Assembly: GCF_009914755.1 (NCBI RefSeq)
Contig: NC_060939.1
Length of the DNA stretch: 64,000 nucleotides
From: the human T2T-CHM13v2.0 reference genome, Homo sapiens
Reading direction: 5' to 3' (one strand)
Below, piece after piece: positions 23,861 through 37,941 of the stretch. Made by a program: the position numbers and the translations under genes. The stretch's first letter is position 1, and every line of letters starts with the position of its first letter. The notes under the pieces are model-generated. The model saw nothing but the letters and a program-made list of their open reading frames with translations. It did not search any database and was not told the DNA's origin.

Positions 23861-24954
23861 TAGAATAATGTGGGTGTAGGATAATTTAAGCCCCATCAGG
23901 TCCTAGGTAGGGTAAATGAGGCCGTAGTTAAGGTAACATAGGCCTCATCTAGTTTGACGTAGATTTCTTCACAGTAACTTGTGCCTTACTGTGTAGGTAC
24001 TGGGTCTTCCTTCAAAGCTTATCTAGGAAGACCCCTCTTTAGGGAAATTCACAAGGTGAGAGGTTCCTGTCTAGTCTCGGTGCCCTCTGTGAGGCCTCCT
24101 CTGCTTCTGGAAGCCTGGCTGCTCCAATCTCTTTCTAGGTGGCTGGGGCAGCCGCTCGACATTCACGCCACCTTGTGGCCACCGGTGCCACAGCGGGTAC
24201 ATCGCCTTCTTTGGGTCCCCTCATCATAATTGTTTATCAATAATGATTGATAAGAGTAACACCCGACCCTTGTAGGATCCATGTGTTTCTTGGCAAGTGT
24301 TTTATAGAGAGTGGTTATTTATGAAAGGAAGTCACCGGTAGAATGATTTTGAGACTTTTATAAGTAAATGACCTGCCGTTGCTCCCTTTTTTAAAAATGT
24401 ATAAATAGAATGATAATAAAACTCATTGCATTATATTTCCACCAGGAATGTGTGATAGTTTCCATTAAATATATGACATCCTTGCTTCTCTCATACAGAA
24501 ATGTATGCTTGCCAATATTTGGTATTTTTCTGGGTGGTTATTTGGGTAATTTTGGCTATGTTAATGGGTATGTAGTAGTATCTCATTATGATTTTAATTT
24601 GCATTTCCAGAGAACTAATTATGCTGAGAATCTTTCATGTGCTTATTGGCCTTTTTTTATCTTCTTTTGTGAAATGTCTGTTCAAAAAGACTATTTTATC
24701 TAGTTTTTTACAACTAAAATTGTGTGTATAATTATAGATTCATTTCACATGCAGTTGTAAGAAATTTCCCTTTGTATAAACTTTGGACCCCTATCTCTCT
24801 CTACCTCCTTGTAAGGCCAATAACTCTTGGATTTGCCACTTGAAGGGTATTTTCTAGATCTTCTAGGCCTGCTTCATTCTATTTCATTTTTTTCCTTTTG
24901 TCTCCTTTGACTAGGAGGTATTTTCAATTAGCCTGTCTTCAAGGTCACTAAATC

Positions 24955-25253
24955 TTTTTTTTTTTTTTCTAAAGACAAAGTCTTGCTCTGTCACCCAGGC
25001 TAGAGAACAGTGGCCCAATCTCAGCTCACTGCAACGTCCGCCATCTGGGTTCAAGTGATTCTCGTGTTTCAGCCTCCCTAGTACCTGGGATTACAGGTGC
25101 CCATCACCATACCTGGCTAATTTTTGTATTTGTAGTAGAGATGAGGTTTCACCATGTTGGCCAGGGAAGTCTTGAACTCCTGACCTCAGGTGATCTGCTA
25201 GCCTCAGCCTCCCAAAATGCTGGTATTACATGCGTGAGTCACCAGGCCTGGCC
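24955..25253 (-). mobile_element. AluS within an old L1 fragment (~24780-25810)
   Basis: Full dimeric Alu with poly(T). The flanking minus-strand ORF 25226-25456 is L1 ORF1 coiled-coil-like. Confidence 0.9.
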
Positions 25254-25934
25254 CCAAGCTCACTAATTCCTTCTTCTTCATGATCAATTCTGCTATTAAG
25301 AGATTCAGATGCATTCTTTAGTATGTCAGTTGCATTTTTTAACTCCAGAATTTCTGCTTGATTTTTAAAAATTATTTCAATCTCTTTGTTAAATGTGTTT
25401 GCTAGGATCCTAAATTGCTTCCCTGTGTTATATTGAATTTCATTGAGTTTCCTCAAAACAGCTATTTTGAATTCTCTGAAAGATCACATACCTCTGTCTT
25501 TCTGGAATTGGCTCCTGGTGACTTATTTATTTGACGAGGCCATATTTTCCTGGAGAGTCTTGATGCTTGTGGATGTTTGGTAGTGTCTGGGCATTGAAGA
25601 GTTAGGCAGTGTCATCTTTGCAGTTGGGCTTGTTTGTACCCATCCTTTCTGGGAAAGCTTTCCAGGTATTCCAAGGGACTTGGGTGTTGCAGTCTAAGCC
25701 ATATCTGTATTAGGGGGCACCCCAAACCCAGTAACACTGTGATTCTTGCAGACTCAGAGAAGTACTGCCTTGATGGTCTTGGATAAGGGCCAGAAGAATT
25801 CTCTGGATTTATATTTTGCAATTTAAACTTATCACCATTTAATTTCATATAATATGATACCCATTCACGTATATTGTAAAAACCTTGCAACAATATATTT
25901 CTATCTCCTCCTCCCATCTTTTGTGCTACTGTCA

Positions 25935-26874
25935 TTCTTAGGAAAAACCCGAACTGTTTCTCCTCTGCGTCCACACCAACACAACAGCAATCTACACAGC
26001 AGACTTCTGAGACCCTGAGTATGTGGGGGCTTTCTCCTCACCAGCAAGCAGGCAGTCACCTCTGCAGTGGGCACCAGCTGGACGTCCTCCAGTTCAATTC
26101 CAACTCTATCTACCCAGAGCTGGCATCAGATCCCACAAAGAGAGGGCCCGTTCTGCAAGGCTGCCACTTCCCCACCCCCAGACACCAGTCATAAGTCCAG
26201 GCTTCTGGAATTTCTAATCAACTGGCTTCAAGCTGGGCTTCCCACAATCCCCTCTATGGGTTTGATTAATTTGCTGGAGTGGCTCACAGAACTCAGGGAA
26301 ATGCTTATGTTGTTTACCAGTTTATTATGAAGGACATTTTAAAGGATACGGATGGACAGCCATATGAAGAGATACACACAGGATGAGGTCTGGAAGATTT
26401 TGAAGGGTCCCAGGTGCAGGAGCTTGTGTCCATGTGGATTCAGGGAGCACCACCCTCTCAGCACGTGAATGAGTTCTTCACCTTTTAGTCACCCTTCATG
26501 TGTTCAGCTCTCCAGAAGCTTCCAAACCCTGTCCTCTTGGGTCTTTATATGGGGAATTTGTTGGATAGGCCTGATTGAAGCATGGGTGACTGTGGAAATG
26601 TGATTGGACAAAATGGGTTCTAAACCCAGCAAGGCCTGTGTGTTCAGATTCTTCTTGGCCTCTCTGTGTAGCCTTCCTTCCTCCAGGTTATGAGACAAAA
26701 CCCTCTTTGGAATGAGGGTCTCATGACCCACAGAATCCAGCCATGGGCAGGGGAAAGAAGGGCAGGAGAAGGTGTGAGAGAGAGATTCTGTTTACTGTCA
26801 CAAGGGCTATGAGAGTTATGAACAAGGAACTGTGGATGAAAACATATATGTATATGTTTCAATGACATGCCACA
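25935..26874 (-). mobile_element. MER21-type LTR
   Basis: Motifs GGTTTGATTAATTTGCTGGAGTGGCTCACAGAACTCAGGGAAA and GTTCAGCTCTCCAGAAGCT typical of MER21. Confidence 0.7.
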
Positions 26875-27699
26875 GCCATACTTTCATACAGTTTGTTTCT
26901 ACATACGTCCTAAACACCATCATGCTTTGTTATTTTTGCTTAAACTGTAAATTATTTCATAAAAAATTATGAAAAGCAAGATAAAAGTATTTTATATTTA
27001 CCTGTATGTTTCCCTTTTCCAGGATTAATTCTTTAGTGTTTGGTAACGTGTTTTCCTTGTCTAGTGATTTACATCGATTTTTGAAGGGATAAGACCAGTT
27101 GCCTGGGTAAAAATTTCACTTTCTGGATTTGCTTAATAATTTTGATATTCTTATTCCTCTATTGACTATTCTAGAGCTGGGAGAATACATCAGACATCTG
27201 TTGTACATAGAGTCATCATGAAATAGTAATTTATGTGCAAATGCCAGCTTTTCAAAAGTTGATGCCAATTTGTGTAAGTTTATGGTAGAATTTGCTAATC
27301 TATTTGTTTCAGAAAGATTTGGGAAATCAGATAGTGATCTCATTAAATCTTAGTATAGCATGACATATATTAGACCCTAAATAAATGCCGCTAAGATCAG
27401 TTTTATGATGAGAAGAAACGACGGCTTGGTTGGGCTCCATAAGGAATTTTGATTTTGTTCCCCATCATTGACATTCCCACCTGTAGAATAAGTGCTTAGC
27501 TTTCACACCTGTTTCCTTTTAGCATTCTAAATCAGAACCTCAGAAGCAAAATTAGGCTCCAGTTTTGGTTTAGAGTTTATCTTAGTAAACACAAAATATT
27601 GGTGTCAACATCACCATAAAGGAACATGTTTTAATTGCCATTAACATGAGAGAATAAGATGAATTCAGTTCCTTCTTTGAACAAACTTTCCCCAGGTGT

Positions 27700-28800
27700 G
27701 TGCCTTGCTAGGATCTACCCCAGACAAGGAGGGCACAAAGAAGCCATGATCTCTGCCATTTCTCCTGGACACTCATAGGCCAGTGCAAAGAAAGACACTT
27801 GCAAGCAAAAGACTCCAGTATAGTGAGATGAGCTTGATTTTAGAGGTATTACAAAGAATGCTGGCTTCACCAGGAAAATAAGGATTAGCTCTGGCTGTGC
27901 CTGAGCAAGGAGGTCACCAGAGAAGAAGAGATGACTGGGTTGACTTTTGAAGCTTTGAAGATGACTGGGTTGAAGTTTCGAAGAGATGACTGGGTAGGAG
28001 TTCAGTATGAAGGGAAGGTTATTCCAGGTAAAAGGACCAGCATTTGTAAAAGCAAAGAGCAACTGCTTTCAACTGGGGATGATTTTTCAGGGCACATTTG
28101 GTAATGTCCAAAGGTGTTTTGTTATCAAAACTGGGGGGTGGGTATGCTATTGGCACGTGGTGGGTAGAGGCCAGGTTTGCTGCTAACATCCTACAGCACA
28201 CAGGCCAGGCCCCTACAACACAGCTCTCCAGCCCCGAGCATAAATAATACGGAGATTGAGAGACCCCGATGGGAGGCATGAAGCAGTGTGGCTTGTTCTG
28301 AAAACTGTGTTTTGTGTGGTTGGAGTGAAGTGTGCGGTGGATTGGTGAGGAAGGAGAATCCAAGGAAAACTGGAGGACCTGAGACCCAACAAATGGACTG
28401 GATGCTGAAGCTGCTGCTCCATGGCTCGAATCTCACCCCGAAGGAGACAGGAGCCACAGCAGTCCTTTTGGAGAACCAATATCAGCAGCACTCACATACG
28501 GAAAGATTACCCTGGCAGTAATGCCCAGATGGATGGCAGAGCAGGGAGGCGGCTGCAGTAATTCAGGGCAGAAATGGGGAGGGCTTTAAAGAAGAACAGT
28601 GAGACTTAGTGATCCTCTGACTGCAAGGAAGATGAAGGCACAGATGGCCGCTGAGTTCCTCGCGTGATGGCTGGGTGACTGTCCTCACTCACTGAGGCCA
28701 GAAACACAGCACAGAGGAGCAGGCTTCTGGAGAAAGGTGCTGAGCTTGAAAGGTGAAAGACATCTTGAGAATGAATAATATATCTAAGATAGCCCATGTG
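27700..28800. mobile_element. L2-like fragments with a MER20 insertion (~28062-28268)
   Basis: MER20 core GGTATGCTATTGGCACGTGGTGGGTAGAGGCCAGG...CTGCTAACATCCTACA; purine-rich L2-like flanks. Confidence 0.55.
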
Positions 28801-30169
28801 TGGACAACAGGGCCAGGAGGAAAATTCAGGGCTCTGCTGTTCTCTCTGTCGCAGTAAATGACCAGAAACTTCATAACAAAAGATTCACTGGGAAAACCCA
28901 GAGGAAGTTAGAGCCAAGCAAAATGCAGCTTGCTTTCGGCTTCCTCATCCCCTTTTCAGAGACTTGCCTGGTGCTCCCAAGTCTCAACAGCGCTAGTGGG
29001 AATGCAGCCAAACAATAAGGCTATTTTTTCTATACCATGTTGTTTCATTCTTTGGCTACTGTAATCTATATTATCAATTCTCTGAATTTTTTCCGTGCAA
29101 AGGAGAAATAAGTTGTTAATAAGTCAATGGACAACAAAGTTGACATTAACTCTCTGCAAAACTACAAATGTGAGTCCACATACTCATGAGCGTTGTGGGT
29201 GGACAGGCTGTGCTGCCTCTACGGGGCCCTCCTGCTTCGGCTCAAGGGCCAAGGAAGAGTACACCCCAGGGAAGACTTCACCTGGCCCAGGGTCCAGGGT
29301 TTCAGGCATGTGGATGCGATGTAGGAGCGGTAAGACCATTCAGGTCTCACTCAACTCCACTTCTCCTTCCTCCCCGCTCTGTGACACCTTCCTGTCCTCC
29401 TCACTCCTTCCAGAACAACAGAAAATGAGAAGGTTTCAGGTGATCTGTTTAGGAACCAACCACCTTGCTTTACAATGGCTTCTGTAGGGGGGTTCAAGGT
29501 CTGTGTGTCTAAATGTAGTCCAATGGTCCAATTAACCAGAGAAAACATAGAACTGATCAATTGCAAGGCAAAGTTGGCATGTAGACATACACAGTTACTC
29601 TTGGTACAAAGCTATTTCTGAGCATAGCTCAGATAGCCAGGCCAGGCCAGATAGCCAAGGGCATGAGGGATACTATGTGTTTAAATATGTGCATTGATAA
29701 GAAGCATAAACCTAACTGATTCCTCGTGAGAGAAAAAGAAAAGTGAAATCTGAAAAATGTCTTTGTGTAAGTCATGTAGCAACCACCTTGCAGTGACAAC
29801 CCTGAGCTCACACAGGCTGCTGTCCCTGCTGGCTCTTCAATGGAAGAGGAAGGCAGTGTGGCAAGCCAGAGCTCAGTACTGGCTTCCAGAAGTGGAGGTC
29901 GATGTCTTTATGATGTTCTTGCCTCTGGCGGGGATAAAGTCTGGAATACCTGGAGGGAGAATGGATGTCCATTAAGATAGTAATACTTGTGATCTGCAAG
30001 TCTCTTGACAGCTTACGATCCTGCTCTCTGCAAAATGTTTCCACGCTTATCATTCATGTTCCAAATCCCTGTTTGGTGGTGCATTTTCTCTCGTGGAAAT
30101 TCCATTATCACAAATGGAAACCATTTGCCTATGGCTTCCACCCACCAGTGACTTGACTACAGACAAATA

Positions 30170-30410
30170 CGTTACCCATGTTTTTATTTATTTCTGTGTT
30201 CTTGGTGCTCTGGCATCTGGGGCCTCTCTGGCTGGGGAAAGACTGCTCCTCCCAGGGCCAGCTAATTCTTAGAGGTGATAAACACGCCTTTCACAAGCAA
30301 ATTAACTGCTCCTATAGGCTCCCCCCTCCACTACCTTCTTTATGTGGCTCTTATCCTGCAGGAATATTGATTCCCTCACCTGGTCACCCCAGGGCCAGGC
30401 ACCGGACGGC
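30170..30410 (+). mobile_element. MER74-like ERVL LTR fragment
   Basis: TTCTTGGTGCTCTGGCATCTGGGGCCTC...GACTGCTCCTCCCAGGGCCAGCTAATTCTTAGAG resembles the recalled MER74 start. Confidence 0.5.
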
Positions 30411-30469
30411 TTGGGGTGGCTCCCACATCACACCCATCCCCCTGCTCCCTGGGGACAATGTCACCCTAA

Positions 30470-30866
<397 letters not shown>

Positions 30867-31892
30867 AGTTTTTTATATTCTTAAATATATTTCAAAGTTT
30901 TGTTTTCTCTCCTGAACCAGGTCACCTGTCTCTTCCCCTGCTCAGCACATCTTTCGTCTGAACTCAGATAATGCCTCCTCCCTCTGGAAAGTCTGTCACC
31001 CCCTCCTTATACCGAAGTGAGTAGCTTCTCAGTACCAAATAGAGGACTTTGGGGACATGACTTCTTCCCATGTCTCCTTTTGAAACTCCTAGTGTTCTTC
31101 TATCCAACAAAGATTTCCTTATATCGACATAGTCCTCACTTCGCATAGTAGTCTGTGACTATAAGAACGACCATGCAAGCCAAAACTATAAAGTGATCTT
31201 AATAATCAGTGGAGAAAATCATGAGTGTTCTGCAACCTTTGAATTTTTTTATCCACACGTTAACATGTCTCTTACCATTGCATATTGTCTTCATATGAAC
31301 ACATGAAAACGAAACTCAGGAAAACTGATATTTATTTCATATATTGTAATTTAAAATCTTTAGACACACTGATAGTTCAAGCTTATTTCTTTATAAAAAT
31401 GTATTAAAAGCCAGGCTTGGTGGCCCCTAGCCTGGCTTGGTGCACCTCCTGACCAGTGCAATGTCAGCACCCACAGAGGCAGCACCACAGTGCCCTTTCC
31501 TGGAGGTCTGAATGGTACTTCCGAGGCTGTCACTCTTCCTTTCTTTCCTGCACTTTCCTCTTTGTTGGCCAATCCACTCTTCCAGTTTTTATCTTTGTAA
31601 CATTCCGAGTGGTTTTATTACTAGGAATCTAAGAAGCAAGATGACTACACGTGGTGTTGTCTGTACAGGAACCGAGCTGTGCATGCGGAGGGAAGGGCCC
31701 TGCAGATTCTGAAGGGAGTGGTGTGGTTGGTCACTGATCGCCACTTGCTCCTGGTGTTCATGTAGAGGCTGGTGGGCAGAGGTGCTAGGAGCGACGTGTG
31801 CACTTTGAAGGCACAGTGATAACTGGAGTTTGAACTGTTATGTAAATAAACTGTGAGCATTCAGTGCAGTGAAATCTCTCTAAGAATCCCCT

Positions 31893-32113
31893 TCATGTCC
31901 AACCAACAGCCCCCGGGCTGCATGCAGCCCAGGACAGCTTTGAATGAGGCCCAACAAACATTTGTAAGCTTTCTTAAAACATTATGAGGTATTTTTTGTC
32001 ATTTTTTTTCTTTAGCTCATCAGCTTTTGTTAGTGTTAATGTATTTTATGTGCAGTCCAAGACAGTTCTTCTTCCAGTGTGGCCCAGGAAAGCCAAAAGA
32101 TTGGACACTCCTG
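31893..32113 (+). mobile_element. MER30 DNA transposon
   Basis: ATGCAGCCCAGGACAGCTTTGAATG...GGAAAGCCAAAAGATTGGACACTCCTG. Confidence 0.8.
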
Positions 32114-33298
32114 ATAAAGTGTTTTGCTGGCATCACTGGGCGCTGTGAGAATCGGAGCCTGCAGAGTGAGGACTGCCCAGGGGTGTGGCATCTGCACAGT
32201 TACAGCTGAAAATGCCGTTTCCCACAGTGGGGTTTACTGTCCACTGGGGAAAGTGATGAGAAAAGTTCACCATGTAACTTTATTCTCAGGTGCGACTAAA
32301 TCCCGGACACATCCTGCTGTTCTGACACAGCTTCACCTCATGCTCTCACTGGGGCTGCATGGACCTTGAACCCTGCCCCATCAGCTTCTCCATTCCTCCT
32401 GGTTTGTCATGAGTCAAGTCTGATGGCCTCATCCACAAAACCGATCCTCTTCTCTTTCCACTTGTCCTTCCTCATCTCAGTCCTCAGAGCCCGTGCTGCC
32501 CCTGCCTCTGCACTTCGCAGATTAGTGAAAACTGCCATTTCTGGATCTTTCCAGTTAGACATAAAGTTCCACAAGGTCCAGAACTGCCGTAGAATCCTCA
32601 TTTATAGACTCTGACTTTGCCATCTTTCCCTTAATACTATAGATGGCACCAGCATTGACCCAGCTACTCATTCAGGGAAGCCACTCAAGAAATGGATGAC
32701 AAATTCCGTTGCGGCTTCTGCCATGGGACTAGTCCCCGATTCCTTTCCCCATTGCTGTTGCTTTAGTGAAGGCGGTCATCTCTTTTTCAGGTCTCTGGTT
32801 CTGGCTTCCCCTTCAGCCACCGTCCACTCTTCTGAAGCATTGCTTCTTTGACATAAGTCTGATACAGCACATTCAGGCCTTACATGGATCACTTTACAGA
32901 CTCCCCAGTAGCCACAGCAGGATCTTCAAGGAGGGTGTGTACAGCCCAGGGAATGCCCAAGATGATCTTTTAAAGTGTGGAAAGGAAATTGTGAAAACTC
33001 TAATTACACTGATTTTCACCTAAATAAGAATTTTTTAAAACAATACTAGTGTTAGCTTAGTACATGATAGTATATGTATCTAATGCACGCTCATGTACAA
33101 ATGAGTTACGATGTTCAAAATATGTTTACTGCTTGAGTTACCCCAAAAGCGTAAGGCAAAACTAGAACTAAAATAGGCATACCTTACAGTAACTTGTTTA
33201 GATTTGCAACAATAAACATAGTAGGAATCACATCCCAAATGTGTTTTCCATGTCCCTGTTTCCGAACCCCCAAAGTGCTGAGAAATGCACAATTACAG

Positions 33299-33421
33299 GT
33301 ATCAGTGTCATTCAAGGACGTGGCTGGGGGTCCGCCAGGAGGATTGGCAGCGCTTGGGCCCTGTTCAGAGGACCCTGTACCGCGATGTGATGCTGGACAA
33401 CTGGAGACACCTCATCTCGGC
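33299..33421 (+). pseudogene. Orphan KRAB-A box exon remnant of a KRAB zinc-finger gene
   Basis: After the acceptor AATTACAG: VSVSFKDVA, a 2-nt deletion, then [29 protein letters not shown]. Length close to the canonical 127-nt KRAB-A exon; donor degenerate. Confidence 0.85.
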
Positions 33422-33449
33422 ACGAGCGGACTTGACGGCATGCATTTTC

Positions 33450-33741
33450 TTTTTTTTTGAGACACAGTCTCACTCTGTCACCCAGGCTGGAGTGCAGTGG
33501 TGTGATCTCAGCTCACTGCAATCTCTGCCCCCCAGGTTGAAGTGATTCTCATGCCTCAGCCTCCCGAATACCTGGGATAACAGGCATGCACCATCACACA
33601 TGGCTAATTTTTTTGTGTTTTTAGTTGAGACCGGGTTTCTCCGTGTTGGCCAGGCTGGTCTCAAACTCCTGACCTCAGGTGACCCGTCCACCTCGGCCTC
33701 CCAAAGTGCTGGGATTACAGGCATGAGCTACCACACCCGGC
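33450..33741 (-). mobile_element. AluSx-like
   Basis: Full Alu; TSD-like TGCATTT(T/C)CTTTT. Confidence 0.95.
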
Positions 33742-34206
33742 TGCATTTCCTTTTTAATTGCAATGCATGTAGACCCTCTCCTGAGCTCAGGGCTGTTCAT
33801 TCCCGCGGATTCCCCCTGCATGGCCTGGGGTTCTCCTCCTCGGGGTATGAGTCTGTCTATGTGGCTAATAAGCCAGTGCTCATCTCCTCTGTCAAGTGTC
33901 GTGCGTGTGTGTGCAGCCATCCCCCTAGGCCTAGGGCAGAAACCCTGCTCACCCAGTGGGGTAAAGGGGAGGCACCTAAAACACTCTTCCCACAGTAGCC
34001 ACAGTGAGTCTGAAAAACCTCACACCATGCGCTCTCCTGAAAGCCCTCCTGTGGCTGTTCCTCTCACACGGCAGAGACAACTCCCTCACCCACATCCAGG
34101 GGGCTGCACACAGGCTGGCCCTGTTACCCCGACTTCAGCCCTCTCCGCTCACTTTCATTGACACTTGAGCCACAGGTCCTTCCTCCTGGGAAATAGCGGG
34201 CCACTC

Positions 34207-34332
34207 TGCTCTCCAGGCATTTATCCCTGCTGTCACCCCGGCCTGACATTCCCTTTCCACACACAGCCATGCTCTCCAGGCATTTATCCCTGCTGTCACC
34301 CCCGCCTGACATTCCCTTTCCACACACAGCCA
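34207..34332. repeat. 63-bp tandem duplication (2 copies, 1 mismatch)
   Basis: TGCTCTCCAGGCATTTATCCC...CACACACAGCCA at 34207-34269 and 34270-34332. Confidence 0.95.
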
Positions 34333-34978
34333 CGTCACCATCCTCACTCCCTTCAGAACCATATCCCAATGTCAGCCTTACATAGCTCTTGCCATCACTT
34401 TCTCAAGCCCCTAGCTGGCACTCCATGTCCCTCGTCCTGCCCTTCACCTGCTCCACTTTCCTCCATGGAACTCCCTGATGATGTGCCACGTGCTCTACTC
34501 ATTCATTTTGCTTTTTTCCTCTGTCTGCCCAGCTGGAGAGAATTTTGTGCTCAGCAAAAATGTTTGTGGCTCGCAAAGGGTGTGGCCGTGTTCTAGCCTC
34601 CCTGCCCCACTGGGACCGCGTGTCTCCCTTTGCCCCTCCCCTGTCTGCTGTGGGTGCAGAAGGCTGTCCTTCGTGTGTTGACTCAGTCTGCCCTGGGGCT
34701 GGGCCCAGAAAGCCCCAAGCCCAGAAGCCATTTTCACTGCCAGTGTGGACTTGGTGGATGAGCTCAGCTACCAGAACCCTGCTGGATCATCTCCAAGAGC
34801 CAATCATCTCAGGGACCCTGAAGTCGACTGTGGAACAGCTGCCAACACAGCTTTGAAATGCTCAGCAATATGAAGAGTGCTGACAGCCCCTGCCTGCTGA
34901 GGCACACGGGGCTATGGTATTTCACTTCTATTACAGTAACATGACTTTAGTTGAGGATGGGATGAAAGAATAAAGATG

Positions 34979-35180
34979 CAGCCTGGGCAATATAGTGAGC
35001 CCCCATTTCTACAAAGAATAAAAAATTTATCCAGGCAAGGTGCACCTGTAGTCCCAGCAACTCTGGAGACTGATGGAGGATGGCTTGAACTTGGGAGGTC
35101 AAGGATGTAGTGAGCTGTGATCATGCCACTGCACTCCAACCTGGGTGCCAGAGAAAGACTGTCTCAAAAAAAAAAAAAAG
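34979..35180 (+). mobile_element. 5'-truncated AluJ-like element
   Basis: Diverged Alu right arm (GTGAGCTGTGATCATGCCACTGCACTCC) with poly(A). Confidence 0.85.
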
Positions 35181-36133
35181 AGAAAGAGAGAATAAAAAAA
35201 GATTAATTCATCATCTTGGACATAAACAATATTTTCTTGAGTGTTACTCAGATGTGTTTTTACTTCCTGCCCTTCCAAGAAAAATACTGGTAATGGCTCT
35301 GCCTCTTTCAGCTTGGAGAAGACAGCCAGGCCAGTGAATATGGAACTGTTAGGCCTGAGCAGGCATAAAGGAAATCTCCATTGTGCAGTGTTTTCAGCAT
35401 AGTTAGTTTGGGATGAGTAAAGGTGTGTGGGGTAATTGCCATGCTTTTTGGCAATCGGGCATGCAAATGGGAAGGTCACAAATCACCCAGTCATACCACT
35501 TTGGACAAAGAAATCGGGAGTGTGCATTTCTTTTTCTTCTTATTTTTGCTTTGTTAGAAGTGAGTGTTCACTTTATCTCTGAAGGCATGTGATTGTTATG
35601 AAGTCAGCAGTGATGATAGCTCTTTACCCCAAACTGCCAAGGCCAGGGATTACATCAATCATCTCTATCCTGAACATGGTGCCTAGCATTCGGCTGGAGC
35701 TCAGCGAGTATTTGTTGAATGAATGAATCAATCCCATTTCGCCTTCTTGCCAGCTCTGGTCTGGGTGGTCGGTACTTTCCTTTTTGAGTACTGCACGGAC
35801 CCAGGTTTCTGGAGTCTGGACTCAATGGCTTATGTGGGAGCAGCCTCTTCCATTCTGCAGTGGGGATTACTATCCAGAGCCAGGTACAGGCCCCAGAGGA
35901 GGGTGCACTGGGGCCACAGGCCCAAGGCCATCCAGTTCCCTTTGCCCAGCTGGGGTCTTGTGGAAGAAGAAAGCCAGTGTCCTGAAATTATTCCTTCCTC
36001 ACTGCCATCTATACTGGAAATAATCCCAAGGGATTTAGAATAAGCAAAATCAAATTCTGTCATTTCTAAATTTTCTAAGATGAACACGTATAGCTTTTAT
36101 ACACAGAAAAACCATATTAAAACACAAACACAC

Positions 36134-36532
<399 letters not shown>

Positions 36533-36786
36533 TTAAAAGTCTTTAAAAATCCTGCCTCAATTTAACCTTGGGAAATGGAACTTTATAGGTGGTTCAGGAA
36601 TGTGAAGATTCACACATCACAAAATATTTAAATGTATTTGACGTGTGATAAACATGTAAATATCATAGTGCTGTGACTTTGCTTATGAGTTATATATTTC
36701 TAATCATTTTAATGTTATCACGATTTTTTAAAAAGTTCTTTTATATGATAGTTATTATTTGGGGTTACTGTGTAAGAAAGCCATTT

Positions 36787-36802
36787 AGCCACCAGAGGGC
36801 GA
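36787..36802 (+). promoter_or_regulatory. Candidate CTCF binding site
   Basis: AGCCACCAGAGGGCGA is a close match to the CTCF consensus, in otherwise AT-rich sequence. Confidence 0.55.
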
Positions 36803-36853
36803 TGTGACACAGCAGAAAGTAGGTCTCCGTTCGGCTGAAACCTTTACTTTTCA

Positions 36854-37114
<261 letters not shown>

Positions 37115-37554
37115 TCAAAATGGAATTCTAAGGAAGTGGTCACTTTTATATATGTCCATGTTAAAGTTCTAGAGCTGTTGATAAATATAAAAACAATAAT
37201 GGTAAGTTATTCCAGTAGGAGATGTTCATTATTTTCTTTATTAATGCTTAATGTTTTTCAGTTCATATTTCAAATATATGTATTCTATATGAAATTTTCA
37301 TAAAATGGAGAATGGCATGCTATCTAAAATGTAAAAAACACATATACATGTATATATACCCAGATATCTAGATTTTGCTGTTGCAATTATAGAAGAAAAC
37401 AATGACCTCTGTGCCATTAAAAAAGCGTTTGATTTTTCCACATTTTTTTCTCTTTTCCTTAGGGACTCAGAGTTGCAATGAAGTGGTTTTTGAAGGTTCT
37501 GTCTTGTAATATTGTTCTGCTGTATAGAAACTCAAAAAGACTTTGTAACAATAG

Positions 37555-37941
<387 letters not shown>

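Noticed and set aside
33843-33895. Possible KRAB-B exon (GYESVYVANKPVLISS)
   Set aside because: Only a faint KP-LIS similarity, no AG acceptor and no LEQG-EPW ending.
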